Shown: piece by piece, positions 59,093 through 64,000 of the stretch
Position numbering within the stretch: position 1 is the first letter of the stretch
Layout of the letters: each line of letters begins with the position of its first letter
NCBI GenBank assembly: GCA_964016885.1
Contig: OZ024746.1
Coordinates: forward strand, 65,844,001 to 65,908,000
Source of the DNA: Eledone cirrhosa
Lineage: Eukaryota
DNA length: 64,000 bases
Direction of reading: 5' to 3'
The notes under the pieces: generated by a model
What the model saw: only the letters and a program-made list of their open reading frames with translations
What the model was told of the DNA's origin: nothing
Databases searched by the model: none
Program-made: the position numbers and the translations under genes

Positions 59093-59297
59093 ATTTTTAT
59101 TGTGTATCGACCTGTTCGTGCGTTTTGCCGAAAATTGGCTCAGAGTCACCCATACAAAGTATGGTCCCAGTGTAAGGTCATCGCATCAGTAGTGACAATT
59201 CAGAGTTGCCGTCAACGGGTACCAAGTAAAGAGAAACAAATAAGATGATGAATGAATGTAGTCATACAAATCGTGATAATACACATAATAATAATAA

Positions 59298-59458
59298 TAG
59301 TTGTTCTTAATTTAGGCACAAGGTCAGAAATTTTTGTAGGAAGGGAACATCGATTAAATCAACCATAGTGCGTTATTAGTGCTTTATTTACCGATCCATT
59401 GATCCCGTAAGAATAAAAGTCAAAGATAACCTCGGCGGAATTTGAACTCAGAATGTAA
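59298..59458 (-). mobile_element. Older tRNA-SINE copy
   Basis: B box and tail, with the longer-subfamily insert. Confidence 0.75.
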
Positions 59459-59472
59459 AATGATATATATAC

Positions 59473-60110
<638 letters not shown>

Positions 60111-60113
<3 letters not shown>

Positions 60114-60297
60114 TATTGAAGTTTCCGTTGAAAATTGAAAAAGGCATAGGAGTGAAGAGTGCTGTATGTAAGTTACAGAGCTAAATTTAATGTATAATAA
60201 ACAATACAATATAATTACCTCATGACCAGACGTTTCCCGAATAAGACGAATACAAGAAACGTCCGCATTTGTTCGTCAGACAAGGCAAATTTCCTTA
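60111..60297 (-). mobile_element. Family G-related element with HHR at 60218-60285
   Basis: ccttgt-CTGACGA-imperfect long stem II-GAAA-cgtctg-GTC-atgagg. Tail similar to 55735-55785. Confidence 0.7.
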
Positions 60298-63281
60298 TAT
60301 ATATATATAATTATTGCTTATATATATATATATCATTTGTACACATGATATTACCCCGAACATTGAAAACATTATGTGCAGGGAATTTATTGAAAGATAT
60401 CACTCATTGAATTATTAAATATATTTGATAAACTCTTTTTTTAAATCATTACGATTGCGTCCACACTATAAATATTATTTTGCAATCTGCAAGCACAAAC
60501 AATAGTAATACACTGTTATTCATGTTTGTATAATATATTATATCCACTGTAATTGCTAAAATGCTTTAAGTGTATTTATTCATAAATCCATTAATGGAAA
60601 CTGCTTGGAAACGTATAAGTACTTTAAATGATTCTGATTTGATGAATATTAAGAACATCTTTAATTCTAAATCAAACTTCAGCTAAAGTTATCTAATTAT
60701 TTTACTTAGTTCAAAGGTAATTCGTTGTGGCTTGAAATATTTGTATTGAGTATTCACTTTGTATCAGAATTCCGTGTTAATTAAAAATATCAAAACATCT
60801 ATAGCAATTGTATTATTTAATCGCATGTTAATGCACTATATTACCTCCCAAACATCATAGTATGTAAATTCTCCGGGCGTAAAAGTAACAAACATAAGTG
60901 ACTTTTAGAGATTCTGAATTTGGCGGAATAATTCTGCTGAGATATTTATGTTTTAGGAACCTGGGGATATTTGTTTTAAAGAATCATTTATTTCATTTTA
61001 CATTCAGTCATTAAAACAGGCGATGAATTTCTTTTGCAAGGTTTTATATATTTATACTTTTATATTTATGTCTTTATCAATCAATGAATTAACTATAGAA
61101 ATATAGAAATATAAGAAATACTAAGATATGCTGAAGCGAAATCCAATTCGGGTGCAAAAGTAATCAAAAAGGGAACCATGCGCCATTGTTTGGCTGTTGG
61201 AAAGACACGAAGCAAGAAAAATGTAGCTGTTGGCAACATCATTATGCCCACCAGAAATGTCCCACTCGGCCCTCTCCTAGCAGCGTTAGATGTTGACAGC
61301 ATTGCCAACTCAATATGTTCACCGTTTAATATGTGGTGCCTGGATGAGCGGACACTGCGTAGCGTAGATGAGTCTGTCGGTGACGACATTCCGAACCTCT
61401 TCACAGTTCTATCACTCATCGGAATTTGGATTAACATTTCTAATTTAGAGGAGATAAGTGTGAGTTACAGTGAACATTAAAAATGATGACTGCATATAGA
61501 GTATTCAGTCCGTCTGTCTCAGTTGCTTCTTACTTCAAGGTTCAAAACATACATGCTGGCTCTATAGTTCTCTGAAAAGACACGACAGTGCACGCAGTTT
61601 AAAAACTGAGTACCATCAGCACTGAGTTGTCTACACATGTTTGAGTCCCACGAGCTAGAATAGCTCCTCCAGCGCGTCTACCTCACTATCCTCCGCGAAA
61701 ACACCTTTCCTATTAAGTACACCGGGGCCATTGAGTGACCAACACATGGGGAGAGTGGGAGAGACGGAGTGTGGGACAGTGGTTCCTTTGTGTTTGGTCC
61801 TGGCGTCATCACCATTATGTAGACGTTTAGATTACATTTAGTTACCAACATTTTTATTTCTAGAAACCCTTTGATATGAAATATATTACTGTTAATCTTC
61901 TCGAAGATTTAATTCTACTTTAGTATATGTGTAACTAGATATTAGAAGGTTATATATTTCGAAATATTATATTAATATTCATTTTTAGCATCATTGTGAT
62001 ATATAGAAGCTAATCTAAATGAGGCTCAAATATTTGTAGGCAATTGCGTTTTACATAGATATCTTAATATACAGTTTGAAAATAATACAAACATCAGCTT
62101 TCCTTAAATAAGTGCGTATATTTTAGGCTACTTTTTTACAATAAATTCTTAAAAGCTTTTCTAACTTTGTAATGTCTTGAACAGAAATGGTTTCGGACAT
62201 TTTCATTATTTGTTTAAGTATTTACCGGTTGCATACGCGGAACAAAATCGATATTGTAACGCATCAACTCATCAAATCAATTCGCCCAGAGAGAAGAAAC
62301 TCACGTTAGATGAGAAATACGACTTTATCAATATCCCCGCTATATATTCTGATATAAATGTTTGATAAATGGTTTTATAGATTTCATATGCTGTTTCGTT
62401 TTTGTAGAATATTGTCAGCTGCATTCCCCCAAGAAACACAGTATGTCTCTAAGTTGAATGACATCTACTGGTTTGATATTGAGTTCAGGGACAATTGTCT
62501 TTAGAAATCATAATCTCATCTATAATTACATATCGGTCATATTGATTTATAGCAAAACTATTTTAACTTGTCATTCATATAAAACATCAGTTGTATATTA
62601 AATAGATAAACGTAATGCTATATATTTATCAGGTGCCAAAACTACCGAAAACTAGTTAACGAAAATTTATACTTGAATTCCTACTTTATAAAATACAATA
62701 TAACAAGCGAGATACATATTGCTAACATACCTTTTATAGAATGAAGAGGCGGAAAATGATTAAACACATATCAATGTGAAACTAACTCTTGAGAGGATCA
62801 TACTTTTAAATGGATATCTTTCAATTGTTTTGTAATGATTATATAACTAATGATACTGGAGTTATCTTGTCTTAGCTAAGTTGTTAAATGACGTAAGTAA
62901 GGAGTTTATAATTAGAAGTAATAGCATCTGAACCGTCGGCACTTACATGATGTTTATGTAATTTATTTAAACAATACCAGCTAATGACATAAAGATTTGA
63001 TTCAATTAAATAAGAATATAATCTACTTAACGTTCGACAATGTATTATTTATAAATATTTTATGTACTCCAGAGAAACGGAAAAAGTGATCGACTCGAGT
63101 ATAATTTGATAGTATCAATGCAAGATATGACTGTTTATATAGTATAATGAGCCTAGCTAACAGCTTCCATACTCATGTTTTATAAACATCGTTTAGAGAT
63201 ATATGAGATACCAAATGTATCTACAAATGTTGACTATACATGGCTTCCCCTCTTTCTTTCCCTCTCTCTCTCTCGCTCCCT

Positions 63282-63389
<108 letters not shown>

Positions 63390-63440
63390 GAAACGGCCGG
63401 AGTTCAGCCGTCGGTCTCCTGATTCTTTTACTATAGATTT

Positions 63441-63668
63441 ATATATAAAGGAATAAACACAGTAACTTGTGTGGTAGAATTACAAGGGTAGTAATACCGC
63501 GTTGGTTTTACGAATATAAACACTGAATCAAACGGAAAATACAAGATACATATATATATATATCTTGTATTTTACATTTGATTCAGAGTACATATTCGTC
63601 ACACCAACGTGGTATTACTACCCTTGTAATTCTAAACACAATTTACTGTGTTTATTCCTTTATATATA
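63441..63668. repeat. Foldback element centred on (TA)n
   Basis: Diverged ~105-bp inverted arms. Preceded by a half-HHR GAAA-cggc..gcc-GTC at 63390-63412. Confidence 0.78.
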
Positions 63669-64000
63669 GTATAACATGCTCAGTATTTTTTACTTTGAGC
63701 TTAATTAGAGCAGGGTATTTTTATCAGTGTGTAAAATAGATAAACGCGAGGTATTTCCTTACCTCGTGTTTATCTAGTTTACCTACTCTCATAGGTGTTT
63801 GTTGCATATGATCCCATCTCCCGCTGAGGACTGCCTCCGGATTATCTGTTACAAACACAACATATATAAGTATGTATACGTACATACATATATGTATACA
63901 GACGTACAGTAGTATGTATATATATACATACATGCACACATTATAATAAATGTTCGGTAAACCCATACGTACATATATATATATATATATATATGTACGT

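Noticed and set aside
60845-60960. Minus-strand exon-like segment
   Set aside because: Stop codons in all frames; splice-like motifs are expected by chance.

Overview
AT-rich eukaryotic DNA, probably intronic or intergenic. The extreme (TA)n/(CA)n load and the SINE type suggest a mollusc, possibly an octopus (inference). No host protein-coding gene can be supported, and most ORFs in the track are microsatellite artefacts. The recognisable content is mobile DNA: five Penelope-like element (PLE) pieces (RT, three with GIY-YIG), RTE LINEs, a young 5'-truncated L1/Tx1-type LINE with a 21-bp TSD, two Helitron derivatives and about nine copies of a tRNA-derived SINE. The main observation is a dense population of short (0.15-0.7 kb) non-coding elements from at least seven families. 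They sit inside (TA)n tracts, are usually built as foldbacks or partial inversions, and most families carry minimal type I hammerhead ribozyme (HHR) motifs with short palindromic stem III, often followed by AATAAA. About seven motifs have an intact core and about a dozen more are degenerate. Stem covariation and a match between one family and the 3' end of a coding PLE in the window point to non-autonomous, PLE-mobilised, retrozyme-like elements. All alignments and folds were done by eye, so boundaries are approximate.
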